DNA of 60,056 nt, from positions 1 to 60,056 of the forward strand of contig NW_022979257.1 of the NCBI RefSeq assembly GCF_902652985.1, given 5' to 3'. The position numbers and the translations under genes were made by a program. Positions 1 to 12,191 of this stretch are shown here, piece by piece. The DNA comes from Pecten maximus. Taxonomy: Eukaryota. How positions within the stretch are numbered: the stretch's first letter is position 1; every line of letters starts with the position of its first letter. Under the pieces are notes generated by a model. It made no database searches, was not told where the DNA came from, and worked only from the letters and a program-made list of their open reading frames with translations.

Positions 1-129
1 GCAGTCTTATCCCTAACATTTTGGTTGTTATCGTGACCCCCTTTTTTTCTATGTAAAATATAAATGTAAAGGAATTTACCAAGATAAATGCTGACTGACA
101 AAAATATTAGTCATGTCATAGACATCACC

Positions 130-679
130 GTGTTAGTTACTATTCTGTTTTGGAAATTCACAGAATTCTAAACTGAAACCACATTACTTTTTATACACCC
201 ACGTCATCAACCACGACTGTGAGCGGACTTACGAATGTTCTATTTTTATAAATTCCCTGAAATCTGAAAAAGGAACTCCCCATTTCACAACAGAGACATT
301 TTTAAATAAGTGAAAATTTACAGTTTAAAATGTACACAAGAATAGTCTACACCAGCCACCGTTATACTTAGAAATACCTTTATACCTTTATTTCGTTAAC
401 ATGATCACATTTACATCTTAACTGTTGAACAGTTCTGACCCGGACAAAATTGATTGTTATAAAATTTTGCAACCACATTGCTATTGATTCAGCCACAAAC
501 TGAAACAATTTGGTCATAAATGTTCTATTTTATGAATTCACGGAAATCTCATAAAAAAAACCCTGTTCACATCAGTGGCAGTTTTAAATAAACTGAAAGT
601 TAGAAATGTTATGTACATTTTCATAATGACATATACACAATCATAGTCTTACCAGCCGCCATCATACTGGGACATCAAA
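130..679 (+). promoter_or_regulatory. Putative promoter of A1 (internally doubled module) with IRF-, NF-kB- and ATF/UPRE-like motifs
   Basis: AAACTGAAA at ~170, ~497 and ~590; CCACGTCA (=TGACGTGG) at 199-206; GGAACTCCCC (=GGGGAGTTCC) at 272-281. A homologous block lies upstream of every type-A copy. Motif function is inferred. Confidence 0.5.
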
Positions 680-1750
680 ATGACTGGTAAGTATAATTAT
701 ATTACCAAACGAATATTTCTGGTATATATGTACATTTTATTGATGGACTCACTGATACTCTATTTACATTCCACAGCAAACGATCACTTCCGTGTAAATT
801 TGTATTTTATAAACAGCTCCCTAACCTTAAAAATGTCTTAATTTCCGTAAACATGATCCCATTTACATCTTAACTGTTGAACAGTTGTGACCCGGACGCG
901 ATTGTATTAAAATTTGGCATTCGTTGATTGTTTGACTTTGAGTGGCCGGGTGATACAGTGGTAACACACTTGCATTTCACCTAGGTTACCGGTGTTCGAT
1001 TTCCAAATCAGACGTGAAAAGGTTTGGGGTCATAACTAGTTTCGCAATTGTTGTAAAATAAATAAAGTTTACATTACATTTGACCTAGAAATAAAGGTCA
1101 CGGTGACCCTTACAAAGACGGTGGATGGCGCAAGTTCAAGCTGTTAACCAAAATATCAGTAATTGTTGAAACGTTATCCCCAGACAAGATTTATCAAAAC
1201 AATGACAAAGACGAAGGAAACAACTAGAACAGTACTAGAGCAAAATCATCTTCTTTCCAATTAGAGACACAGCAACAAAATAATAAATAATATATGATAG
1301 GTGAGCATATGTGATTTATTACAATGGGAAATTATCTTGTTTAATTGAAAATTGGTTTCAGACGATAAGAAGACGTATTACCACCACACAACTAAGGACG
1401 GAGCCGCAAAAATATTACAGTCAGGGTACATCAAGCAATCAACTGATACGAAAACAGATGCTAAGCATGGTCCCGGTACTTACCTTACCAGAATGGGCCC
1501 AGACAAGTCCCAGAAAGATATAGCAAAGAATAACTACGACGGACTCAACAATCGATTCGCAGATAAAATGCTGAGGGATGGTAAAACAGACGTTACCATA
1601 GCCATTGATCTGCCCAGCACTAAGGTTACCAGGTCAAAGTCACCTCGCGACATTTATGTGTCGCCGGGAGATGTTACCATAAAGGACAAAAATCCAAGGG
1701 TTTATGTGAGGGATAAGGATGGAAAGGCTCTGGAGTTCAAACCCAAGTAG
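680..1750 (+). CDS. ART type-A copy A1, Tox-ART-HYD1-like ADP-ribosyltransferase; join(680..686,1362..1750), ~131 aa, MTDDKKTYYHHT...
   Basis: ORF 1352..1750 carries YYHHT, ILQSGYIKQS, DAKHGPGTYLT, NNYDG, IAIDLP, RDIYV. The track's TTG start lies inside a splice acceptor (ttggtttcag|AC). Upstream caaaATGACTG|gtaagt gives an in-phase (phase 1) first exon. Confidence 0.85.
943..1070 (+). mobile_element. tRNA-derived SINE, internally deleted copy in intron of A1
   Basis: Box A-like TGATACAGTGG, box B-like GTTCGATTTCC and AAATAAATAAAG tail; lacks the central segment seen in the other copies. Confidence 0.6.
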
Positions 1751-2171
1751 AAAATGAAACCATCGAGTACTGGTACACACGATTCTTTCGTGTTTGCTTT
1801 GAATTAAATGCTAAATTTTCTCTCCCTAAATTCTACCAAAATGAAATCTTGATATCTGAAAGGCGAACATTGTTTTCTAATCAAGCAAAAGTGTGGAAAG
1901 AAGCCTAATTCTTAAGGCTTACTTCGACTCAAGCTTTATCTGGACTGTTATTATTAAAAGTGTAATTTGATGGCTTACAAAGGACAGCATGAAAACAATA
2001 TGATAATGTATAGATAATACTAAATCGAACTTGATACAGGCCTGTCTTCCTCAGTTCTAATGAATGTTTAATAAATAAACAGGTATGAAGTGTGATCTTT
2101 GTGTTAGATGACGACATGATATTTGTAAAACTAAAAGTTGGATTAAAGATTTCCACAAGCTGGAGATAGAA

Positions 2172-3282
2172 CGCATGTGGGTTAATGTTGCATTTATAAT
2201 TAAAAAAGAACAAAAAACATCATGTTTTAATATAAATTCAATATTTAATGATTTCCCGGTTAGTTCTGTTTGTTTTTTTGATCGGATTTTAATGTTAGGT
2301 GTCCAACGTCTTTATCGGGATGTTTTCGTCGTTCCTCGTGTTCTCGCGTGGTCACGTGACCGGCACGAAGGACTACATTAACACTTGGTCGGTAAATATG
2401 GCCAGAGCACCCGACCAACGTATTTTGTCGTACAAACAAATATGATACACTTATTCATCGTGCTAAGAAACCGAGAAAAAGTGCTGTACATTCTTCTATT
2501 TATTCAAGTATGGTTACATAACGGCGTTATAAACTGGTGTTAATTGAAGAAATGCCGATTAATTGACTACTTTTTAAGTAATTTTGACGATGTTTGTCAT
2601 TTTCGTAAGAATGTACAGCACTTTTCGTTGCTCTCATGCAATTACCTTCACGCTCGTACCTGTTTCATAAGTATTGATTTAGGGTAGTCGGGTGCTCTAG
2701 GACGATTCATAGAGCAAGTGTTAATGTTCATTCTCCAATATTGGAACTCTTCAGTGTTTTAAGTATCGAAATCGGCATATAGAAACGAACAAACGTTAAT
2801 AAACGAATGCAATGGATCGTAATTAATTCAATTAATTATTTACAGATGATTTCCAAAGACATAAGGTATAGTTAGAAGTTTTCGGCTGTACACATGCAAG
2901 TTTGTAAATTCGTCACTGTGATGAAACCACCGTCCTCGTCGTTGCCATGACAGCCGATCGAAGCTGCGATCACGAATGCACTGACAAAGTGAAAGTTGAA
3001 GTATTTTTCGCAACATGCGGTTTAAACTTAAAATTACAATCACACCTCATATTGATTGGGGTTGTTTAATCATACCTGATCAACTGAATTATCAGAAAAC
3101 TAACAAAAACATTAAAAAACACAGAAGGAAGCCTTCGTGTCGGGCAGTGCAGACACAACGCGGGATCTGTAAACAATGTGACGTCATTGGAATGTACAAG
3201 TTGCAACAATGTACAACAATGTATATTTTACATGAATACACTAATGAGCAACAAAACGGGACGCAACATTAACCCACATGCG
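2172..3282. mobile_element. Non-autonomous DNA transposon with perfect 20-bp TIR and 2-bp (AA) TSD
   Basis: CGCATGTGGGTTAATGTTGC at 2172-2191 and its reverse complement at 3263-3282; paralogous empty site gatagaacttggatc at ~17008. Confidence 0.8.
2382..2720. mobile_element. TTAA-flanked MITE nested in the 2172-3282 element
   Basis: TTAA|CACTTG-N16-AGAGCACCCGAC at the left end and its inverted counterpart GTCGGGTGCTCT-N16-CAAGTG|TTAA at the right end. Confidence 0.6.
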
Positions 3283-5730
3283 AACCTGGATCTAACCGAT
3301 TGGTCAATGTAGAAATGAAAAAAAGCAATGCAATTCATCATCAATTGGATTACAGGTTGTATTTTTTTCTCAACCAGAAGAACTTACCGTCTAAAAAATA
3401 TCTAAGAAAATTTATCAGCTGGTATCATCTTTAAATATGAATTCAATAATAGAAAAAATTCTTCTGATAGATATTGCAAATTTCAATGGATTATGTACAT
3501 TTGCTCTCTCTTATTTACGCTGTAATGACATGATTAGTTATATCTTTGGTTGAATAATAGCCCGAAAAACCTTTGTTATTATTTTATTGTCCAGACAATT
3601 GAATCTTCACAATCAGTTTCTTTAAACGACAATAAAACTAATTTCGTATTTGGATGGAAACTTGTCATGTTTTAAATTAGCATTTTGTATTATACCCACC
3701 CATTTCGTTTTTGAAAAAGCTAGTCCTATTTCGTAAAACGTTTATTGTTACCTTATCAATCTGATAGGGGGTTTACACCTTCAAGTTATTACATAATGAA
3801 TATTCACCTAATACAGAAAGTCTGAAATTAAATCACATGTCATGAGATTGACCTTTAATGACGAAAATTTGTCTGACACCCATTTATATTTAGCGGATAA
3901 TGTTTCAACCTTCTTTAATTTGAAGTTTTTACCATGGTTATATTCCCAAAACTGTTATTTCAAAGCCACCCCTTAATAAAATTAAAATTCAGTTTCTGTA
4001 GATATTCATTCCTGGGTTACATAGTGGAAGCATCATGAGAGATGTAGAACATTGATATGAAATTATTTTTGAACGTAAAACAGCGAGATCTGGCCCGATT
4101 GTCCAACCCACGGTTCATAAACATGTTTTATATACATGTATGTGTATTATAAAATAGCGAGATTTGCAGGGACTTCCCACTCCGAATTCCGAACGCTTCT
4201 CCCACATATTATATTCATGTATGTGTATCAAATATAGTATGTAATTATGGACTGTTGGATGGGAATTCCGTCCAAGTCTGTGCATGTCTCGTCAGCGTCC
4301 AACTACACCGCATACTGTGACATAATCGCATTTTCAAGTTAAGTTCAAGGAAAATAACTTGAATTTTTCAGTAAAATAATTAGGTTATGGCATACCTTGA
4401 TTTTTATTTATAATTAATTGAACATTTTCATTAACACAAATATGAAGACATCAAAATATCGTTCCCTTTTACATGAATTTGCCTGGCAGATTCTTGTGGT
4501 TTTGCGTAAAACCCAAGAACCGAATATTTTTCACCTGATATGAAATAGTCGAATATTCGGAGTTTTGTTTATAGTTAACAGATAGATCGCCCTTCAAGAT
4601 GGATTATAGGTAATATCGAATGTCAAGTCGAGAGAATGTTGAAGTATTTGCCATGTACCATCTGAATAAGAAAGTGGTCATCAGAAACCGGGGCAAACAT
4701 ATTATATAAATTAGTAAAAATGTTGAGGCATAGAAGGGAGCTGTAGTTTACAATACTTTGTAGTCATTTTCGTATTTGGATAACTGATATTCATAATGCA
4801 GTCGAACGGTTATGATCCCTAATGTTCCCATATTTACATATACACACACGCTGTGAAAGCCGTCCGCCAGCATTCCTGGGCTTCAAAAAGGCAGGTATGT
4901 ACCTGTATATATCATAATACAAGTGTACCATCATTTAAATGAATGTTGTCATATATCGTCATCAAGATATTCATCTGAAATTATTAATTTTACCAAACAC
5001 TTTTATTACTTATGACCAAAAAAGACTGATGTAGCATAGTGACATATATGTTAATTTATTTCTTAAAACTAAATTTCTTAAACTAACAGTAACTTAATAC
5101 CCGAAACAACGGTTTCATGTTAGATATGAATTGAAGATAAAAGTAGTTGATTTTTACTGGTTCTAACGACTCGTGTCTAGAATGTAACAATCACGTTTTC
5201 GGAGCATGAGCACATTATTTCTTTGGAACCAAGCTAATACTGATTTTCCTGTTTAAAAAACGAAAGGCAGAATTTTGATATGTTCACGTGTTAATTCTAA
5301 AAGGACCATTGTATGATAAACTCAATGCGGACATTTTAAAAATCACAAAAGTGGTTGCAAAGGAAACGTCCATGTAAAGAAATAACACTTTTGTTTGTGA
5401 ATACCCAATGATGTGCCCCCAAATGCTCAAAACTTAGAGATCTGGTCAAGCTAACATAGTTCCGGTGTACCGGATTACCACTAGCCTTCAGTTAAGTGTC
5501 GTCTTCATTAAAAACTAATGTAACACGAAAGAATGACTATTCATAGGCCACATTGTCGGCAAACGCAGCAAAAATGAAACTGAAAATAATACCTGTATTG
5601 CCTGATCACTTGATGGACACAGGTTTATACTAGTCAGCTTCCTACATTGATACTTAACTTGGATATACAATTATCAAACTGACCAGTAACATGACCACGT
5701 CCAGAAGGGGGTTATTCCGTAAAAGGGCGT

Positions 5731-5910
5731 CCTTCTAGGACTCATCAGTAATGTAAGGGACATCATACAGCTGTTTCGTCTTCCAAGGACTTGTCAGTGG
5801 TACTAGGGACATCATACAGATGGTTGGTCCTTCTAGGACTCGTCAGTGGTACTAGGGACATCATACAGATAGTTGGTCCTTCTAGGACTGTTCATTAGTG
5901 CCAGGGGCCT
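5731..5910. repeat. 49-bp minisatellite (~3.5 units)
   Basis: Unit ccttctaggactcgtcagtggtactagggacatcatacagatggttggt; paralogous arrays at ~11163-11335 and ~30912-31085. Confidence 0.85.
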
Positions 5911-6023
5911 TAAGTTTTGATATATATGAGGTGACGGTGAAAACTAGGTCGAAAGTAATATGAAAATATAGATGGGATGGCGCAACATCCCATAATAAAA
6001 CAAATGTTCAATTATCATGAAAC

Positions 6024-6035
6024 AGTTTCACTTTC
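6024..6035 (+). promoter_or_regulatory. ISRE-consensus element upstream of first-exon module at 6321
   Basis: AGTTTCACTTTC matches AGTTTCNNTTTC; GAAACTGAAA also at 5576-5585; paralog TGTTTCACTTTC at ~25950. Confidence 0.45.
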
Positions 6036-6320
6036 GATATGTAAAGCCCATGTATATCTTCGCTATCTTTCTGTAAACCTAGTCCGTCAATCATTATTCC
6101 ATTTATAGAAATTCACAGAATTCAACAAAGAACAGGCTTTACCGGGAATTATTTTCTTTAAAAAGAAGCAGTGTATCTGTATACACACCCAATCAGAAAT
6201 GACATGTTTGAGAAAAATACACACACAAAAAAAAAACAGTTTAAAAGACAACGCACTTTCCTATAGTTACATACACACACCCGTTGTGATAACCGTCCGC
6301 AAGCATACTCAGACTACAAA

Positions 6321-6327
6321 ATGGCAG
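6321..6327 (+). other. Extra/alternative first coding micro-exon ATG GCA G|gtatgt
   Basis: Homologous to the type-A first exon (ccgcc.gcatactc.gac.acaaaATG); same phase-1 donor. Confidence 0.55.
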
Positions 6328-7236
6328 GTATGTATATATCATAATACTATCATTTAAGCGAATGGATATCTACATCTTTCAGTATTGATCAGATTTCCGC
6401 ATTGACATATATCTGTTATTAATCTCACCAAAATCTTTAATTACTAATGAAAAAATCCCGACTCATTTGTGTAGCGTAGTGAAAACTCATGGCGAACAAA
6501 CCTATATGTTAATTTATTTTTTCCACTATTTTCTTTGAAGAAACCTAAAATCCACAACAATGATCTTGTCCTCAAGCTGAATAACAAAAGTCGTAGATTT
6601 GATCCTCCCTTGATCTAGAAATGTAGCAATAACGCTTTCGGGACATGAGGAAAGTAAGTCTTTTGAAACAAACTAACACGGGTTTTTTATGTTCAAATAG
6701 GGGGAGGGGAGATTCTGATGAACTGGTTATGTATTTCCTTGATCATTGTACCTGTAAAAGGGCGAGTGTATGATAAACTCAATGCTACCACTCAAAACAT
6801 GATAAATGTATAAAAATGGTTGCCCAAAAACCGACCCTCATCCATGTTAAGAAATAAATTTGTTGTTTGTGAATGCCCAAAGATGTGCCCCAAACATGCT
6901 CGAATCTCGGACATCTGGTCAGGCTGTCATAGACATGTACTGGATGTTTTATTTCGCCAAACTCACAGAAATCTGAAAAAGGAAATCCCAGGTACATGTA
7001 TTGTTAAAACAGAAAACAAAAAATACAGTTACCTTTCCATAAACCGACTTCTTCAATCATTAATGACAGAGAATATTCCATTGATAGAAATTCGCAGAAA
7101 AATACAGAAACTAAGGAAGGTTTTACCAGGAATATGTTATCTTTAGAGCACATCTGTGTGTATTTATATGCATACACACTGAACATACACGCTTAATTGT
7201 TGTAATAACCGTCCGGCAGCATAGTCAGACTTCGAA

Positions 7237-8734
7237 ATGCCTGGTATATAAAAATAATAACGTCATCATCAGACGAAGATTGTCAAAAATCTACATCTCA
7301 GTATTGATCATATTGCTGCATCGATATGTATCTCAAGTTCAACAATAACTGACATACATCTAACTTTTAATTAATTTTCTATTTAAGCTTTCTTATCTTC
7401 ATTATCTTACAATCCACCACAATGATCACATTAACAAGATGAATATGGATGGAGGACATAATATCACAGCGGTTGATATCCTTTTCCCAGTTCTAACACA
7501 CCTGTCTATTTTATTCAGTATTATTACCGCTTCCATGCCAAGGAACAATATTTCTCTTATCAAAAAAAACAGAAAGAAATCTGATCAACTGGAGATACTT
7601 CTACTTATCTTATTAAGATTACAAATATATATTTAAAAAAAATGCTTTGCCTCTTTTCAAATAGCTTTTAAATGATTTTCAAATGAGACCAAATTCAACC
7701 CACATCCATATCAAGAAATAACTTTGTTGTTTGTTATCAGAAATGTAAGACTGTCATTGAGTCCCGGTGTACCAGACACCAGTATCCTTCAGCAAAATGT
7801 CGTCAACACTTACAAAGATTATGAATCGTGGGAACAATAGTTAATCTTACTAAAACGGATAAGATTTGGTACATTGTTTAATCAGTTTAAAATTACTCGA
7901 ATAGGTGTTGGTCAAGTGAAACTCCAAACGAATCTGCCTCTCAAACACTAGAATATGGTATGGGAGGGACCATACTGCTAAATATCAAAGCGAAACAGTA
8001 GACACGCGAAGGAAATAAAATGCATTTTTTTCATTTCTTTTTTCTTTTTCCTGTTTACCACAACATTCCGGCGTTCGCTAACCACATTCAGTGAGGTGTG
8101 TAAAGATTTTTTTCCAATGGAGATAACCGATAACCTTTCAGCCTGCGTGCACAACAAGTTGTACTTCATTTGATATATACATTAAATAGCTGAACAATTA
8201 AATCCCATTTGTGAATAGTAAATATGACATGTAATATATTTGTGATGGTATGTAACAGTTTTCGTATAGTGGCTATTTGTTTTACCTCAGGTAACCACTT
8301 CTGGGTTCCGTGGGCCATTTCTTAGAATTCCAAACCATCTTTTTAAAATGATTTCAGGTGCTTATACCATTGTAACTTTTTACCACCACACAAGTCTGGA
8401 AGGAATGAAGCTAATTGCACAGTCGGGGTACATCAAGAAATCGACTGACGTGACAACAGACGCCAAATGTGGTCCCGGTGTCTACTTGACCAACTTGAGC
8501 GCATCATGTCCGGTGCCCGTAGTATTGAGCAACAACTACGGCTCGGCTGGGACCCATATGATGGATAGAGCGGAAGCCACTGTAGCCCTTGATCTGCCCA
8601 ACAATATGGTTACCACGTGTCTGTTGGGGGAGAGAGTTGTTTATACTGTGCCGGAAGATATATTATTAAAGGACATAAATCACAGGTTTTATGTGAGGTG
8701 TGAAGATGGGACGCCTAAACGAGTATACTTGTGA
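7237..8734 (+). CDS. ART type-B copy B1, divergent Tox-ART-HYD1-like protein; probable join(7237..7243,8358..8734), ~127 aa (first exon could instead be 6321..6327)
   Basis: ORF 8348..8734 has FYHHTS, IAQSGYIKKS, DAKCGPGVYLT, NNYG, VALDLP. Acceptor atttcag|GT at 8357/8358; nearest upstream ATG CCT G|gtatat at 7237. Confidence 0.75.
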
Positions 8735-8934
8735 GAAACTGAACGTTCACTTGCATACATGTTTGTTTCACAGTCTTATTGAAATATTCTCTTTCTGTCT
8801 ATAAATCTATAGATATGAAATAAAATCTCGAAAACTGAAAAGTGTCATTTTTTAAAATGAAGGTATTTCATGAAAAGGACTGAATGTTAGTAGATGTACT
8901 AATACAACATCACTCGATTTGTTTGTTAATGATT

Positions 8935-9130
8935 GACAAAAGTAGCCCGGTATCCAGCCACAACAGTACAAATCGTGTCAAGTGACGAAAATTATATTTA
9001 AACAGATTACCGGGGCGGATTCGCATCGCCACATGTATGTAATGTCGGAAGGTGTTACAATAGAGGACACAAATCCCAGGGGTCCTTTGAGGGATGACGA
9101 TGGAAAGGCTAGGGAGTACAAAGTAGAAAC
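8935..9130 (+). pseudogene. C-terminal relic C1 of an ART gene
   Basis: Translates ADSHRHMYVMSEGVTIEDTNPRGPLRDDDGKAREYK, matching the type-A C-terminus; N-terminal motifs absent. Confidence 0.75.
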
Positions 9131-11162
9131 TGAAACCCTCGATTACTTATACACACTATTCTTCCGTTTTTGCTTTGAATTAAAAACTACATTTTGTCTT
9201 TAAAATCTACAGATACAAAATCGAATCTTCAAACTTGAAAGGTGGACATTGTTTTAACTAACCAAAAGTGTAGAAGTGAAGAAGAGAAGTAAACAAAAAG
9301 TTAAAATGTTGACGTAATGAAAGGAGCTGCAGTCACCACATACTTTGTAGACATTTTGTATTCTTTGATAAATGAAATTTGAAAGTAGCATTGAAAAAGA
9401 CATGAAATACTCGTGTATAAATTCTGAATAGGCGCCACTACTCATAAGAACAAAAGATTCTGCATTTCAGACAATGAGAACTTATGATCGAGTGAAACAA
9501 GAATAGACCGTAATGCTTTCATAAAATCTTAATTCGACTCAAGCTTTATTAGGACTGTTACAATTACAAGTGTAATTTGATGGTTTAAAAAGAACAACAT
9601 GGAAATAACATGATAATGTATATATAATACCGAATCAAACTGAATACAGGCCTGTCTTCCTCAGTTCTAACGACTTTTAGATAAATAAACAGGTATGAAG
9701 TATGATTTGCTCACAGAAATCTGAGAAAAAAAATCCCAGGTAATGTTCAAACTGAAAAAAACACCTGTGCCTTCCATAAACAAATTCCTTCATCATTAAT
9801 GACAAAGAATATTCCATTTATAGAAATTCACAGAATTTGACAAAACAAAAGAAAGTTTTACCAGGAATATGTTTCTTGTGATCACATCTGTCTGTATTGA
9901 TATGCATGCAAACTGAATTCCCTAGTTTCATATACACATTTGTTGTGATAACCGTCCTCCAGCTTACTCGGACTACAAAATGGTAGGCATATAAATATAA
10001 TAATACCATCATCAGACGATCATTAAAAATTGCAATATCCTTCAATAGAAATGGTCAATTTCAAACAAATATATAAAACAAATGTTCACAGATCATAAAA
10101 AGTTCCATTTATAGAAATTCATATAGTTTAACAAAGAACGGGCTTTACCGGGAAAGTATGTAAACCTAATCAGCAAAGGCAGGTTTAAAACAAACAAAGA
10201 AGATACGCACTCGTTGTGATAACTGTTCGCCAGCATACAAAATGGCAGATATTTATAATTGTCCTAATACCATCATTTAAACGAATGTTGCCATATATCT
10301 ACATCTTCCCGTATTGATCAGTTTTCTGCATTGATATATATTTTTTTGCTATATTTGTGTAGCATAGGGACAGCTCCTGGTGAACAAACCAATATGATAA
10401 TTTATTTTTCTAATAATTTACTAACCTAACAGTTACCTTAAATAAACAATGGTCTAAATGGTTAATATGAATTGAAGACAAAAGTCGTTGATTTTATTTT
10501 TTCTGGTTCTAACGCACCCGTGCCTAGACATAAACAAAATTTCGGGACCTGAGAAAATTATTTCTTTAAAAAAAATAAATAATATTGAGTTTACTTTTTG
10601 AAAAGGTGGAAGGGATATCCTGGTAAACTAGTTATTTAATTACTTGTTTATCATAAAAGGCCGAGTGTATGATAAATTCAATACTCCTATTTTTTAGATG
10701 ACAAATGTATTAGAATGGCTGCACAAAAACCGACCAACAACCATGTAAAGAAAAATAATTATATGTTTGTGAATGCCAAGTGATATGCCCGCAAATGCTC
10801 AAAACTCAGAGACCTGGTCAAGCTACTATAGTTCCGGTGTACTGGATTACCACTACAATTCAGTAAAGTGTCGTCTTCATTAACAAAATGATATAACACG
10901 AAAGGGCACGTCGTCGGCAAATACAGCAAAAATGAAACTAAAAATAGTACCTGTATTGCCTGATCACTTGATGGATACAGGTTTATACTAGTCAGCTTCC
11001 TACATTGATACTTACCTTGGATATACAATCATCAAACTGACCAGTAACATGACCACGTCAAGAAGGGGGTTAGAGATGTTAAGAGAGTATTGTACGAAAG
11101 ATATCAAAAGCTTTGGATGGATATTGATAGTTAAATAAGTAACACCAAAATAAATTGGTTCG

Positions 11163-11335
11163 TCCTTCTAGGACTCGTCAGTGGTACTAGGAACATCATA
11201 CATCTGATTCGTCCTTCTAGGCCTCGTCAGTGGTACTAGGGACATCATACAGCAGTTCCGTCCTTCTAAGATTCGTCAGTGGTACTAGGGACATCATACG
11301 CCCTTCTAGAACTCGTCATTGGCGCCAGGGGCCTA
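11163..11335. repeat. 49-bp minisatellite, second array
   Basis: Same unit as 5731-5910. Confidence 0.85.
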
Positions 11336-11726
11336 AAGTGTGACGGAGAAAAGTGAAAATATGTAGAAAGAAATATAAAAATATAGATGTGATGGCGTAA
11401 CATCCCACAATTAAACAAATGTTCAATTATCTTAAAACAGTTTCGATACCTAAAGCCGATGTTCATCATCGCTATCTTTCTGTAAACCTACTCCTTCAAT
11501 AATTATTCCATTTATAGAAATTTACAGAATTTGACAAAGAACAGGCTTTACCGGGAATTCATTCTTTCAAAAGAAGTTGTGTATCTGTATAAACACCCAA
11601 TCAGAAATGACAGGTTTGAGAAAATTAAAAAAAAAAGGTTAAAAGTTTAAAAGACAACGCACTTATAATAGTTACATATACAGACCCGTTGTGATAACCG
11701 TCCGCCAACATACAACAGACTACAAA

Positions 11727-11733
11727 ATGGCAG
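11727..11733 (+). other. Extra/alternative first coding micro-exon ATG GCA G|gtatgt
   Basis: Same module as 6321; intact ATG and GT donor. Confidence 0.55.
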
Positions 11734-12122
11734 GTATGTATATATTATAATACCATCATTCAAATTAATGTTATCATATATCTACATCAGTATTAATCAG
11801 ATTGATTTCTGCAATGATATTCATCTAAAGTTATTAATCTTACCAAAAACTTTTATAAATTATGACCAAAAAAGACTATCTTATGCAGCATAGTAATATA
11901 TATACATGTGTGTTGATTTATTTTACAAATGATATCTTAAACTGACAGTAACCTAAAACCCAAAATAACGGCCTTGTCCTCATGCTAAATATCAATTGAA
12001 GATAAAAGTGGTTGATTTGATTCTCACTGGTTCTAACGACTCGTGTCTGGAATGTAGAAATCACGTTTTCGGAGCATGAGCACATTATTTCTTTTGAACC
12101 AAGCTAATACTGATTTTCCTGT

Positions 12123-12191
12123 TTAACAAGTGAACACATTACGAGTTTATCAAAGGTCCTTTGATAAACTCGTAATATGTTCACTTGTTAA
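12123..12191. repeat. Near-perfect 69-bp palindrome (34-bp arms, 1-nt centre, 1 mismatch)
   Basis: TTAACAAGTGAACACATTACGAGTTTATCAAAGG-T-CCTTTGATAAACTCGTAATATGTTCACTTGTTAA; duplicate at 31872-31940. Confidence 0.9.

Noticed and set aside
1311-1523. Overlapping ORFs (IWFQTVRRHITTTQLRTEP...) at 1311, 13741, 22014 and 52003
   Set aside because: Alternative-frame shadows of the ART exon; they start in the intron and vary in length.
1352-1750. Bacterial contamination or a prokaryotic toxin operon
   Set aside because: Spliceosomal introns, SINEs, animal transposons, low gene density and no operon structure.
5731-5910. 49-bp repeats as CRISPR
   Set aside because: Head-to-tail minisatellite with no unique spacers.
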